From Planctomycetota bacterium (GTDB lineage: Bacteria; Planctomycetota; UBA11346), in assembly GCA_038231435.1 (NCBI GenBank), contig JBBRLJ010000007.1, positions 1-64,000 of the forward strand: DNA of 64,000 nucleotides, written 5' to 3'. The notes below the pieces were generated by a model. It did not search any database, had not been told where the DNA came from, and saw only the letters and a program-made list of their open reading frames with translations. The translations under genes were made by a program, and so were the position numbers. Shown here one piece after another: positions 30,001 to 38,821 of this stretch (position 1 is its first letter; each line of letters begins with the position of its first letter).

Positions 30001-31105
30001 TCCGCGAGGTCTTCAGCCAGGCGCGGAAGCCCGCGACGCCGGCAGGGGAGTAGTCCCAGAATTCGCCCGCGCGGTCGTGGAAGCTGCATTCGCCACCCGG
30101 CGCGCCGGTGTAGAGGTGCCACGAGCTCAGCGCCGGGCTCGAACGGTAGCGTTCCATGGCCTCGCGCATGAACCGCAACGATCCGCGGGCGCGGTCCTCG
30201 GCGGGGATCCACCAGCTCTCATAATGCGAGCCGCTCTCGCCCGGACCGTGCCACGCCGCCATCAGCGTTGTCGGCGAGGGCCGCATGATGTTCTCGGGCA
30301 TGCGGTTGTACATCCACAGCGGCAGATCCCCGCCGCAGCCGAGGCCGATCGACGCGACGCCGCCCTCGCGTTCCGCGGTGCGCATCTCGTAATCGGCCAG
30401 CACATAGCTGTTCACGCCTGGCGCCGGACACTGGGTGATCGCCATGAGGTCTTGGAAGGCGATGCCACCAAGCCCGAACTTCTTGATGAACGGCCAGTGG
30501 GAATCCAGGCCTTGGCCGTGCACCGAGCTCATCGCGTGGGTATAGGCCTTGAACGCGCGCAGATCGTAATGATCGAGATAGCGCGGATATGGCTTTCCCT
30601 GGGCGAATACCGGCTTGCCAGTGAGGAACCCAGGCGCGCGCCGCAGGCGCGCGCGCAGCTCGGATTCGTCGTCGGCTCCTACCGCCATCACCGTGGCGCC
30701 GATGCGCCCGATCGCGATCAATCCGTATGGCGCCCAGCCGTGCACCGTCACCGCCACGCCATCGACATTCAGGACGTGCTCCGTGGCGGCGTCTCCCGCG
30801 TCCCAGAACAGATCGGCGATCATCTTGCCCAGCACGATGTCGGCGTGCTCGGCGTCGGCGCAGGCGAATTCCGCTACGCCTGGCGAAAACGCAGCCGTGA
30901 CCCTGCCGTAACCGCGCAGCTCTGCGACGCCGTGATCGGCCCCGGTCCCGGTCATGATCGCCTCGGCTGCATGGGTTACTGGCGCGATGATGGCGAACGC
31001 CGTCGTGAGGGAGATCGCGATGCGCGCCGAGAGAGGCACCGAGAGGGCCAGGCCGCGCACGGCATCGGTCAGCGCGCCGAGTGGAGAGCGGTCGCGCGTG
31101 CTCAC
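27071..31105 (-). CDS. Large secreted beta-galactosidase-like protein (GH42-like core plus galactose-binding-like domains)
   Basis: DYSP..FRAWL..L..LGTHW...WDQV, trimerisation-like ALQRYIERGG, two GH2-type sugar-binding segments (FLVNGTKV..DVTSMLRGGANVLTVRV; NLTPYLVPGVNRIEL). GTGA overlap with the upstream gene. Confidence 0.78.
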   Translation of the reverse strand: MSTRDRSPLGALTDAVRGLALSVPLSARIAISLTTAFAIIAPVTHAAEAIMTGTGADHGVAELRGYGRVTAAFSPGVAEFACADAEHADIVLGKMIADLFWDAGDAATEHVLNVDGVAVTVHGWAPYGLIAIGRIGATVMAVGADDESELRARLRRAPGFLTGKPVFAQGKPYPRYLDHYDLRAFKAYTHAMSSVHGQGLDSHWPFIKKFGLGGIAFQDLMAITQCPAPGVNSYVLADYEMRTAEREGGVASIGLGCGGDLPLWMYNRMPENIMRPSPTTLMAAWHGPGESGSHYESWWIPAEDRARGSLRFMREAMERYRSSPALSSWHLYTGAPGGECSFHDRAGEFWDYSPAGVAGFRAWLKTSRKFDLAALGTHWYGDPQRYSNWDQVEIPDANGFFGALDGTCKRLSDGWRWVAAHGRDTPPPADDASWIQVEMPPSQQQALLPWGDAFYRVEFDATDWAGRAQAWLACNARVRSDHPTIAWLNGDKLGEEATPDARPISFPIGGRLKAGRNILILRLPRRGDDANSEGKLIGPVFLTASEPKSYPDLGAHANARFVDLRDWQTAGSLASHRAMFDTAMAVDPDHPLILSGDVGKLLDQMSSLGGEYGASLQHTGREAWYHPWFPGLGLLAGFYGTSEESGTASTPILSRELGWIMIDADSNHNLFWDIEDYQIEEQKTGWFTKNKRVIACFGKYLRAFPQVTIFRSSRTDRLGSSEPWNWDLGRGDLQAAHFDNAYATESELLSGQTDRCPVLLDAGNDIMDDDIVAALQRYIERGGTYIALHQTGMHTSVDPRTYPLSRLTGVTSTPHGAGRLRIAAAPSVLKAWGGREFTGDGVAFSAIAPGAATVAVGDAPVALATWDDGGMAIVSRSIGKGRVIQIGSPFWKKADAVAPDTGGVQQTLQSAFIEHLLGDVGVIRDADASSARIWARKATTKNGLQDWLVTCNATDAEQRADLRLAVGAKPAEVWDLIERKPVAATYADGFVSIPGVRFDPYAVRIFGCKRANLVDALPSWWAEKTTYWRRPAAASSPAVAAMAARFAKSKPDGGPDTEAAVENIQFSRWRFHADRDGSAGADPRWLQPGFDDSTWSWQDSGPWNLSDPALADWHGAGLYRAGFTVPAAWAGRRVILRFYDWDLPIVYDQGEFLVNGTKVCEYRAHKGSQAYAYDVTSMLRGGANVLTVRVQGGTVFAGMAGTVWLEPESTFTATTELAGEWRVVAADLRHDQAATLPGAPTGRYLAREVALPAAWNGKNVFMHLETPSQWVGAVVVNGRLITTIIYLHPFPPRCDINLTPYLVPGVNRIELWPSSTIPSFWGANDIEVPMPVDAVRLGTVDRDP

Positions 31106-32661
31106 TTCACGTCCATGCGGAAGGGGACCGCCGGACACCCCTCGCTATTATACAATTCGCCTGCGGGAAGGTTGTCGAAGGCGAACTGCACGCGCACCGG
31201 TTCGGGCACCTGGTCGCATGCCACCAGCACCGAGTCCTTCTCGATCGTCGCCGTGGCCCAGGCGAGCTTGTGATTTACGCCAGCGATCGCGAAGGACGTC
31301 ACCCGTCCGCCGTGGACCTCCAACCCCTTGCCCACGTCACGGAAGCTTACGCGCACCCCGTGGCCTTCGCGCTTCGCGGATACGGCCAGCGGACCGCCGG
31401 CCGGCAGGGCCTTCTCACCCTTCTCACCCTTCTCGCTTTTCCCAGCCTTGTCAGGCTTGTCGGACTTGTCGGGGTAGGCGAGCGCGAGCGCGGGATAGAC
31501 CAAGCGCCTGCCCACCTCCTTCTTCACCTTCGGATGGATGTTCTCGGCGTCTCCCTGGTCGTACGCGCAGGCGAGTCCGCAGTAGGGAACGGAGCGCGCG
31601 GTCTGCGCCTGCGCCTCCATCAAGGCGGCCCAGCCGTTGTCGTCGTCGAGCGGCTCGGGATGCGGCGCATGGTGCCCGGCGAGCTGCATGATCACGAACG
31701 GAAGCTTCGGGTCGCGCCAGCGGGCGCGCCAATCGGCGATGAGCGCGGGCAGCAGGCGGCGGTATTGCGCCGGGCGATCCGCATTCGATTCGCCCTGATA
31801 CCAGACCACGCCGGCGAGCGGGTAGCCGACCAGGGGCGCGAGCATACCGTTGAACGCGAGCGTGGGGATCGCGCGCAGGTTCTTCAGTGCCGGAGACGCC
31901 CCGGCATCGAAGGCGCCAGCGCTGAGCGAAGGGGCCGCGGCGGGGATGGCATCGAGTGCGTCGTTAAATTCGCCGAAGTCACGCAACGCGCGTTCGGACA
32001 TCCAGGTCTCCGCGGTGGTCCCGCCGTACGGATTGCTGATCACTCCGACCGGTACCCCGAGGCGCTTCTGCAGCTCGCGGCCGAAATAGTAGGCGACCGC
32101 GCTGAAGTTGCCGACCAGCTGTGGGATGCACGCGGTCCACTGGTGGATGACGGCCTTGGGGACCTCGAGCGGCGTGGGCTCGCTGTCCTCGTTGACGCTG
32201 AATAGGCGCATGCCGGGGATGTTGGCCCCGGCCATCTCGGCCTCGGCGTGGTCGACCGCATTCATCTGCCAGAACATGTTGGATTGCCCGGAGCACAGCC
32301 AGACCTCGCCCACCAGCAGGTCGGTCGAGGTGACCGATGTCTCTCCGGAGACCACCAGCGTCAGCGGAGCATCGGCGACCGCGAAAGGCGCCGTGACGAC
32401 CTGCCAACGGCCATCGGGGCCACCGACGGCGGCCAGGGACTGCTTGCCGATGCGCACCGAGACCGCCGCTCCCGGAGTCGTCCAGCCCCAGATCGGCAGC
32501 GGCTTCCCTTGCTGCAGCACCGCCTGCGACGAATACAGGGGATGCAGGAGCGGCCGGGTCTCGGCGCCGACCGCTCCGACGGCTGACAGGCCCCAAGCCA
32601 GGCATGTGAAGAAGCACCAGGACACGCGCCCGGTGAAGAGTCTCGAGATCGGGTGGGGCAT
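31102..32661 (-). CDS. Sialate O-acetylesterase (SGNH/SASA family)
   Basis: GEVWLCSGQSNM, FSAVAYYFG, GGTTAETW, GVVWYQGESN, NIHPKVK, signal peptide. Confidence 0.92.
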   Translation of the reverse strand: MPHPISRLFTGRVSWCFFTCLAWGLSAVGAVGAETRPLLHPLYSSQAVLQQGKPLPIWGWTTPGAAVSVRIGKQSLAAVGGPDGRWQVVTAPFAVADAPLTLVVSGETSVTSTDLLVGEVWLCSGQSNMFWQMNAVDHAEAEMAGANIPGMRLFSVNEDSEPTPLEVPKAVIHQWTACIPQLVGNFSAVAYYFGRELQKRLGVPVGVISNPYGGTTAETWMSERALRDFGEFNDALDAIPAAAPSLSAGAFDAGASPALKNLRAIPTLAFNGMLAPLVGYPLAGVVWYQGESNADRPAQYRRLLPALIADWRARWRDPKLPFVIMQLAGHHAPHPEPLDDDNGWAALMEAQAQTARSVPYCGLACAYDQGDAENIHPKVKKEVGRRLVYPALALAYPDKSDKPDKAGKSEKGEKGEKALPAGGPLAVSAKREGHGVRVSFRDVGKGLEVHGGRVTSFAIAGVNHKLAWATATIEKDSVLVACDQVPEPVRVQFAFDNLPAGELYNSEGCPAVPFRMDVK

Positions 32662-32745
32662 GGTGGTCTCTCGCGGAGTATCGGACTCGGGGGGAGGTGG
32701 AGTCCCTACTCCCCTTCGGCATGGAATACAATGATACTACGCAAA

Positions 32746-32759
32746 TGCAACCGGTAGCA
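32746..32759. promoter_or_regulatory. LacI-type operator copy 6 (TGCAACCGGTAGCA)
   Basis: Exact consensus match ~85 bp upstream of the esterase-GH42-esterase operon. Confidence 0.75.
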
Positions 32760-32822
32760 TTAGCACGGCATCGCCCCACGCCCGACCGCCATCCAGGCCC
32801 GGCCCGCGGCGATGCGGTCGCA

Positions 32823-33836
32823 TCAACGGTTGACGCTCGCGATCCTGGAGGGGGTCGACGCTCCCACCACGATCTGCGACTCGACGGTGAATGCGGTCAG
32901 CGGCGTCCCATCCTTCAGGTGGCGCAGCAGCTTCGCCGCCGCCATGCGCCCCAGATCCGCGCGATCGTACCGCGATCTGGTCAACCAGGGTGCGAGGACA
33001 GCGAACTGGTGGGTGTCGTCGCAGCAGGCCATGGGATGGTTCGCCGGCAGGCAGTACGGCAGGCGCAGCGCGGTCGACGCGTCGATGGCCATGATCAGGG
33101 TGTTCGCATCCGGTTTGCAGGCCGCTATCGATTTCTCGAACGATGAGAACCAGCTGGGCACCCCGCTATACAGGAATGTCGCGTTGGGATTGTCCTTGGC
33201 GACATCGGCGATCGCCGCGGCGCGCTGCAGATGGCTGAAGTGGCTCGCGCTGTCCCAGCCGCCGGCGATGATGAAACGCCGGTATCCAAGCCCGATGGTG
33301 AGCTCCATCACCGCGCGTGCCGCCGCGTATTCGTCGCGCGACGCGGTGGGCAGGCCGTCTCTCGGCGCCACGTTCAGGTACATCGCCGGAATCGACGAGC
33401 GCTCCAGGAACTGCTCCAGTTCCGGCGTGGTGACGTCCAGGACGATCACCCCGTCGACGCTGCGATCCATCAAGGCGTTCATCGCGAGCCGTTCCTCGAA
33501 TCGAGGAATGTTCAGCAGGGTGAGGGCGTAGCTCTCGGCGGCTAGGGCGGCCGCGCAGCCATTGATGAATTCAAAGCTGGTGTGCTCGGGATGGCCGAAC
33601 GAATCCACCGGCGCCAGGATGGCGATCGCGTGGTTTCGCCCAGAGCGCAACCTGCGGGCAGGACCGTTCGCGATGTAACCGAGCTTCCGCGCGATCTTGG
33701 TGACCTCCTCGACGCGCCGCTTGCCCTTGGGTGTGTTGCCCTTGTAGGCGTTGCGCAGGATCTTGGAGACCCCACTGAGCGACATGCCGCACTCGGCGGC
33801 GATGCGACGGAGCGTGACCTGATCGGAACTGGTCAT
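32823..33836 (-). CDS. LacI-family transcriptional regulator (divergent)
   Basis: HTH VTLRRIAAECGMSLSGVSKIL, LGYIANGPARRLRSG, VDGVIV, PWLT. Confidence 0.85.
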   Translation of the reverse strand: MTSSDQVTLRRIAAECGMSLSGVSKILRNAYKGNTPKGKRRVEEVTKIARKLGYIANGPARRLRSGRNHAIAILAPVDSFGHPEHTSFEFINGCAAALAAESYALTLLNIPRFEERLAMNALMDRSVDGVIVLDVTTPELEQFLERSSIPAMYLNVAPRDGLPTASRDEYAAARAVMELTIGLGYRRFIIAGGWDSASHFSHLQRAAAIADVAKDNPNATFLYSGVPSWFSSFEKSIAACKPDANTLIMAIDASTALRLPYCLPANHPMACCDDTHQFAVLAPWLTRSRYDRADLGRMAAAKLLRHLKDGTPLTAFTVESQIVVGASTPSRIASVNR

Positions 33837-33938
33837 GTCGCAGCGGCCTCCAGGCCAGGGTTTCGACCACGTCATCATCACGATGTTTAGTCAACGTTAA
33901 AGCTCCGGTAACCCCGATGTGCGCGAGTTCAAGGTCGT

Positions 33939-33952
33939 AGCTACCGGTTGCA
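33939..33952. promoter_or_regulatory. LacI-type operator copy 7 (AGCTACCGGTTGCA)
   Basis: Consensus match ~100 bp upstream of the second LacI gene. Confidence 0.7.
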
Positions 33953-34058
33953 GTGACTTTTGTGCTCCGGTGTAGCGATAACGTCGTCCAAATAATAGGT
34001 CCAGATCCAGGGCCGAGCCCACATCGCACGCACGGGGCGCCTGATCAGGGGCGTCCCG

Positions 34059-36674
34059 CTACTGTTTGAGCCGGTACATCCCCACCCATCCCGCCCACAA
34101 CTCATTGGTCTCCGCATTGAACCGGAGGACCTGCGGCTTGGCGCACGGGATGTCGCCGGTGATCTCATGCCAGGTCGCTCCGGCATCCGTGGTCTTGAAG
34201 ATGCCGCCATCCGAGCTGCTGTTCCAGGTGATGGCCGAGATCCAGAAGGTCTTGGGATCGCGCGGATCTGCTTCCATGCCGACGATGGCCCTGCCGTTGG
34301 TGAACGTGGTCAGCTGGGTCCAGGTCTTGCCATGATCCGCGCTCTTCCACAGGTTCGCTCCGCCGGCATAGATGGCGCCATCCTTGGCGACGAGCACATT
34401 CCAGATCCAGGTCTCTCCAGTGAAGGCGTTCTCCCACGTGTCGCCGCCATCCGTGCTCGACCACACGCCGCCGCCTGTCCCGCAGCTGCCCCAGAAGATC
34501 CGCTTCGAATCCGACGGATCCACGGCCAGCCCGTTGTACATCCTGCGGCTTCCCGGCTGGTTCGGCAGCTGCTTCCAGGTCTCGCCACCATCCACCGATG
34601 CGAACACGCCGCCGCCCATCTTCCCATCGCTCGCGTCGCCGTCCAAACCCATGTACACCAGTTTCGGATCGTTGGGATCGACCGCGAGCGCGCGAGGATG
34701 CCCTTCCCCCCACATGGTGTTCGCCCGCACCTGGTAATCCGGGAGGCCGGAGACCGTGTCCTTGAACGTCGCTCCGCCGTCCTTGCTGACCACCACCCGC
34801 TTCAGCGGCGAATTCCATGGTGACGCGGTGCTGATGATGCGGTCGGCGCCGCCGATGCGGTCGACCGCCAAGCGCCAGTAATGGCCGCTCAGGTCGGCGA
34901 TGTAGGTGAGTGGCCAGATCTGCCGCCAGTTCGTGCCGTTGTCCTCGGACACCAGGGTCCCCTCGTCCATGGCCGTCGCATAGGCACGTCCCTTGCTGAA
35001 GCGGATGTCGGTGATGCAGGAGATGTCGGCGCCGCGCTCGCGCTCGCTCCAGGTGACGCCGCCGTCCCCGCTCCAGGCCGATCGCCAGTCCGCGCTGATG
35101 AACAATTCCTTGGGATCGGCGGGGCTGAACGAGACGTTCATCGGATGGACGATCTTCGACTTCGGATTCGTGCCCATGAAATGCCTGGTCGGATTCCCGG
35201 TGAGGTCGACGTTCAGCACCGTGGCGTCGGCCCAGGTCGCGCCGCCGTCGCTGGAGCGGTAGACGTAGGTGTCGCCGATGGCGATCACGTCGAGGGGCGA
35301 AACCGGGCTGACCGCGACTTCCCTGAATGGCGCCTTGGGAGCGAGGCCTCCCTCGCAGCGGGTCCAGGTCTCGCCACGATCGATGGACTTCCAGATGCCG
35401 TCGACCGAGAACGACGCGAAGACGATGTCGGGATCGCCGGCGTAGAACATCGCGGACGTGGCGGTCTTAGGAGTCTTCAGGTGCTTCCAGGTCTTTCCCG
35501 CATCACGGCTCATGACCAGGCCGGAGTGGGTGGTCGCCGCGATCACCAGCGAGGGATCCTTCTGTGATACGGCGATGGAGAATGCTCCTCTGGCCTCGGG
35601 CTGGGGTTTGCCCACGCGGACATTGCCGTAGGTCTGCACCGTCGCATCGGCGGCGAAATCCCTGATGGTCGTCGAGGTGGCACCCGCGCCGGTTCCGGTG
35701 GACACGAACACGCGATCGAACACCACGACGGCGGCATTCGCCGGCAGGTTGCCATTGCAGCCCAGATCGATGCGGTTGACGGTGGCCCAATCCGGATGGA
35801 CGGGCATGGCCGCGGCGGCGTCGGGATGTTTCGTCGCGAAGTCGGGCTCGACGGCGAATTCATCGGTTTTCAGCAGCGCGTCGCGCCATTCCGTGTCCTT
35901 GAACAGATCGCTGATGTTCCTGCTCTGGTACCTCCCGCCAGAGCTGGTGGTCAAGGTGAGGAAGGTGCGTTCTGGTTGCGAGCCATCGCCCTTGCAGGCG
36001 AAGCCGATGCCAGCGCAGCCGGCTTTGATCGCCTCGGCCGGGATCGCGATGGGGATCCACACGCCCCCGAAGTATTGCGCGTCCACCTTGCCGAATTGCA
36101 CGCTGATCGCGCCGCGCATGGTTTCCGGAGCGACGCCGGCGTACGTTTCGGTCCAGGTCTCGCCGCCATCCTTGCTGGTGAAGAGCTTCCCTCCTGGGCT
36201 GGCCGCATACAGGTTGTCCCCGTTGACCGGATCGACGGCGATGGAGCGGACGCTCCGGTCACGCTCCGCGGTGATGCGCAGATCCTTCGGCCCGGTCTTC
36301 GGCAGCAGTCGCCAATGTTCTCCGCCATCGATGCTCTTGTGCAGGCCGCCCTCGGTGGCGGCGTAGACGGTTTCGGGATGCGAGCGATCCACGGCGAGCG
36401 AGTAGACGCTGTAGTCGGTCAGCCCGACGTTCATCGTCTTCCAGGTCATGCCGTGGTCGGTGGTCTTGCACACGCCGCCGACATCCAATCCGAGGTAGAT
36501 CACCCCCGCTTTGCTCGGGTGGAAGACCGTGGCCCAGTACCAACCACCGCCGCCCCAACCACAGGGCTCCCAGTGGGGGACCGGAGCAGTCGCCTGGCCA
36601 TCGGCGCCCATGCAGCATACGGTGGCGAGACAGGTCAGGAGTGCCTGGCGGATCGGGCTGGTGATCATGGACAT
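34059..36674 (-). CDS. Secreted BNR/Asp-box beta-propeller protein (GH74/VPS10-like) with inserted CBM-like domain
   Basis: Signal peptide, GGGG..LGLDVGG (GH74-like N-terminus), many SxDGGxTW Asp-boxes. Confidence 0.85.
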   Translation of the reverse strand: MSMITSPIRQALLTCLATVCCMGADGQATAPVPHWEPCGWGGGGWYWATVFHPSKAGVIYLGLDVGGVCKTTDHGMTWKTMNVGLTDYSVYSLAVDRSHPETVYAATEGGLHKSIDGGEHWRLLPKTGPKDLRITAERDRSVRSIAVDPVNGDNLYAASPGGKLFTSKDGGETWTETYAGVAPETMRGAISVQFGKVDAQYFGGVWIPIAIPAEAIKAGCAGIGFACKGDGSQPERTFLTLTTSSGGRYQSRNISDLFKDTEWRDALLKTDEFAVEPDFATKHPDAAAAMPVHPDWATVNRIDLGCNGNLPANAAVVVFDRVFVSTGTGAGATSTTIRDFAADATVQTYGNVRVGKPQPEARGAFSIAVSQKDPSLVIAATTHSGLVMSRDAGKTWKHLKTPKTATSAMFYAGDPDIVFASFSVDGIWKSIDRGETWTRCEGGLAPKAPFREVAVSPVSPLDVIAIGDTYVYRSSDGGATWADATVLNVDLTGNPTRHFMGTNPKSKIVHPMNVSFSPADPKELFISADWRSAWSGDGGVTWSERERGADISCITDIRFSKGRAYATAMDEGTLVSEDNGTNWRQIWPLTYIADLSGHYWRLAVDRIGGADRIISTASPWNSPLKRVVVSKDGGATFKDTVSGLPDYQVRANTMWGEGHPRALAVDPNDPKLVYMGLDGDASDGKMGGGVFASVDGGETWKQLPNQPGSRRMYNGLAVDPSDSKRIFWGSCGTGGGVWSSTDGGDTWENAFTGETWIWNVLVAKDGAIYAGGANLWKSADHGKTWTQLTTFTNGRAIVGMEADPRDPKTFWISAITWNSSSDGGIFKTTDAGATWHEITGDIPCAKPQVLRFNAETNELWAGWVGMYRLKQ

Positions 36675-37043
36675 CCCTATGGATCGGTGAGGAGGCGTCG
36701 ACGTGGTGGGCCGCCGAGGGGCCTTGTCGGAGCATGGACGGGTAGCCGCAACCCTGCTACAGCTCTCATATTGATGCATCGTTAGATATAAATGCGCCGA
36801 CGTTACGGACGTGACGCCTTGTGACTGAAATGTATGTAAGTAAATACATATCAGTCTCTAAGCACAGATCGGTTCAATGCCTATGTGCGTAGTGGGCACG
36901 GCCTCCGTGACCAGAACCGATATAAAGAACTACGTTGTTCAATTAATTCCCGATGCCGCACCCGGTCAACGACGCGCCCAGAGTCTGGCGGATACGACAT
37001 CCGCACCCCGGACGGTTGTTGAGACCGTGAGCGACGAGGACGC

Positions 37044-37856
37044 TCATGCAGCGCGGAATCTGCTCGGCCTGATGCCCGCGAGACGAGTGAACACGCGGCT
37101 GAAATGCAGCGGATCGTCGAAGCCCACCAAGGCGGCGATGCGCACTACCGACAGATCGGTATGGCGCAGCAGGTGCGCGGCGCGCTCGACCCGCAGTGCA
37201 TTGAGGAACGCTTTCGGACTCCGCCCGGTGCGCGCCTTGAAGACGCGGTGCAGATGGGCCGGACTCATGCGCAGGTGCTGCGCCAGATCCCCGACCCGTA
37301 CCGGCCGGTCGAGATGCTGGTGCAGCCAGCGCACCGCGTGATCGGCCGCGTCGCCGGTGGGTCCGCCAGCCGATAGGCGCAGGAAGCGTCCGAGCACGGC
37401 CAGCGCGAGGCCATCCAGTTCGGCCCCGCTGCGATCGGTGCGCACCGTCGCCTGCATCCACAATTCCTCTACCTGGCGGCAGAGGTCTTCGTCGCGGACG
37501 ACGAGGATCCCGCAGCCCGGCGCGCGCAAGCGGCTGCCCGCGAGCCCCACCCACACGGTATCGAACCGGTCGCCGCCGAGTTCGCCGTGCCGTGTGCCGG
37601 GCGGAATGAGTACGATGTCGGATCGCTTCAACGCCTGCCGCGCGGGCCCGGTCAGTTCCCCTTCACCGCCGAGCACCGCCACCAGCTCCCAGTAGGCGTG
37701 TGTTCCCAAGGCGCCGTTCTGCCGCGGACCGCGGAAGCGGTCGACCGACAGCACGGTGAATCCGTTTGCGTCACTGGAGAGGATTCCTCCATCCCAGAGA
37801 TGGACAGGTAGGGCATTCACTCCAGTGAAACGCTGAAAATCGGCTCCGACGCGCAT
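37044..37856 (-). CDS. AraC-family transcriptional regulator (cupin plus HTH)
   Basis: HAYWEL..LIPPGTRH, LAQHLRMSPAHLHRVFK, IAALVGFDDPLHFSRVF..PSRFR. Confidence 0.9.
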   Translation of the reverse strand: MRVGADFQRFTGVNALPVHLWDGGILSSDANGFTVLSVDRFRGPRQNGALGTHAYWELVAVLGGEGELTGPARQALKRSDIVLIPPGTRHGELGGDRFDTVWVGLAGSRLRAPGCGILVVRDEDLCRQVEELWMQATVRTDRSGAELDGLALAVLGRFLRLSAGGPTGDAADHAVRWLHQHLDRPVRVGDLAQHLRMSPAHLHRVFKARTGRSPKAFLNALRVERAAHLLRHTDLSVVRIAALVGFDDPLHFSRVFTRLAGIRPSRFRAA

Positions 37857-37877
37857 CACATGATGATAGGAATATCC

Positions 37878-38774
37878 ATGACGCAGAGCAAGCCGCGTCC
37901 CTCGCCGGCCGCCTGCGGCGATGACGATGTCGCCATGCACCAGCTCACCCGCCGCCAACCGTCGGCCACCGACGTGGAAGCGTACCGTCACCAGGGCTTC
38001 CTCATCGCACGAGGCCTGTTTCCTGCCGGCGAGATCTCCGATCTGGGCGATGCGGCGATGGCGCAAGCTGGTCTCGGGCCGGTCCCGGGTCTCTATGACG
38101 AGTACCACCACTTCGGCAGCGACGATCCTCTCAGCCGTTTCCCGCGCATGCTCATGCCCCACCGCCAGCGCGGCCTGGAGATCGGCTGGCTCGCCGAGTC
38201 GATGCGATTCGATGCGCGTCTGCACGGCTGGTTGCGCGCACTGCTCGGCGAGAATCCCTGCGCCGCCCAGAGCATGTTCTACTTCAAACCGCCAGGCAGT
38301 CGCGGCCAGGACATGCACCAGGACGATTTCTACCTGCGCACGTCGCCCGGCTCGTGCCTCGCGGCCTGGATCGCGGTCGATCGGGCCGACGACGAGAACG
38401 GCGGACTGCGCCTGGCGGTCGGCTCGCATCGCCTGCCGCTGCTGCCGACGCGCCAGGCCGACTTGACCACATCGTTCACCGACGACGGAGTCGACGTGCC
38501 CGCCGGGATGGCGCTGGCGGCACCGGAGCTGGACCCGGGCGATGTGCTCTTCTTCGGCGGCGCGATGATCCACGGATCGGGTCCGAATCGCAGTCGGGGC
38601 CGCTTCCGATGCTCGTTCATCTGCCATTATGTCGGTGCGTCGACCACCCACATCAACCCATGGAACCGTCCGGTCGAGTGCTTCGACCGCGGCGTCATCG
38701 ACATCGCCGAGGCGCCGATCGGGCCATGGCAGGATTCGTTCGCCGGCCATGCGCAGCGCAGCCGCCCCCACTGA
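37878..38774 (+). CDS. Phytanoyl-CoA dioxygenase (PhyH) family Fe(II)/2-oxoglutarate oxygenase
   Basis: QSMFYFKPPG, HQD, WIAVD..ENG.L..GSH, PGDVLFF..HGSGPNRS..R. Confidence 0.9.
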   Translation: MTQSKPRPSPAACGDDDVAMHQLTRRQPSATDVEAYRHQGFLIARGLFPAGEISDLGDAAMAQAGLGPVPGLYDEYHHFGSDDPLSRFPRMLMPHRQRGLEIGWLAESMRFDARLHGWLRALLGENPCAAQSMFYFKPPGSRGQDMHQDDFYLRTSPGSCLAAWIAVDRADDENGGLRLAVGSHRLPLLPTRQADLTTSFTDDGVDVPAGMALAAPELDPGDVLFFGGAMIHGSGPNRSRGRFRCSFICHYVGASTTHINPWNRPVECFDRGVIDIAEAPIGPWQDSFAGHAQRSRPH

Positions 38775-38821
38775 TCCGCTCGTCCATACCCACCTCGTCC
38801 ACACGCACCCGGAGCCACGAC

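Noticed and set aside
31409..31473. Low-complexity DK/EKG repeat in the esterase
   Set aside because: Short in-frame linker expansion with no further signal.
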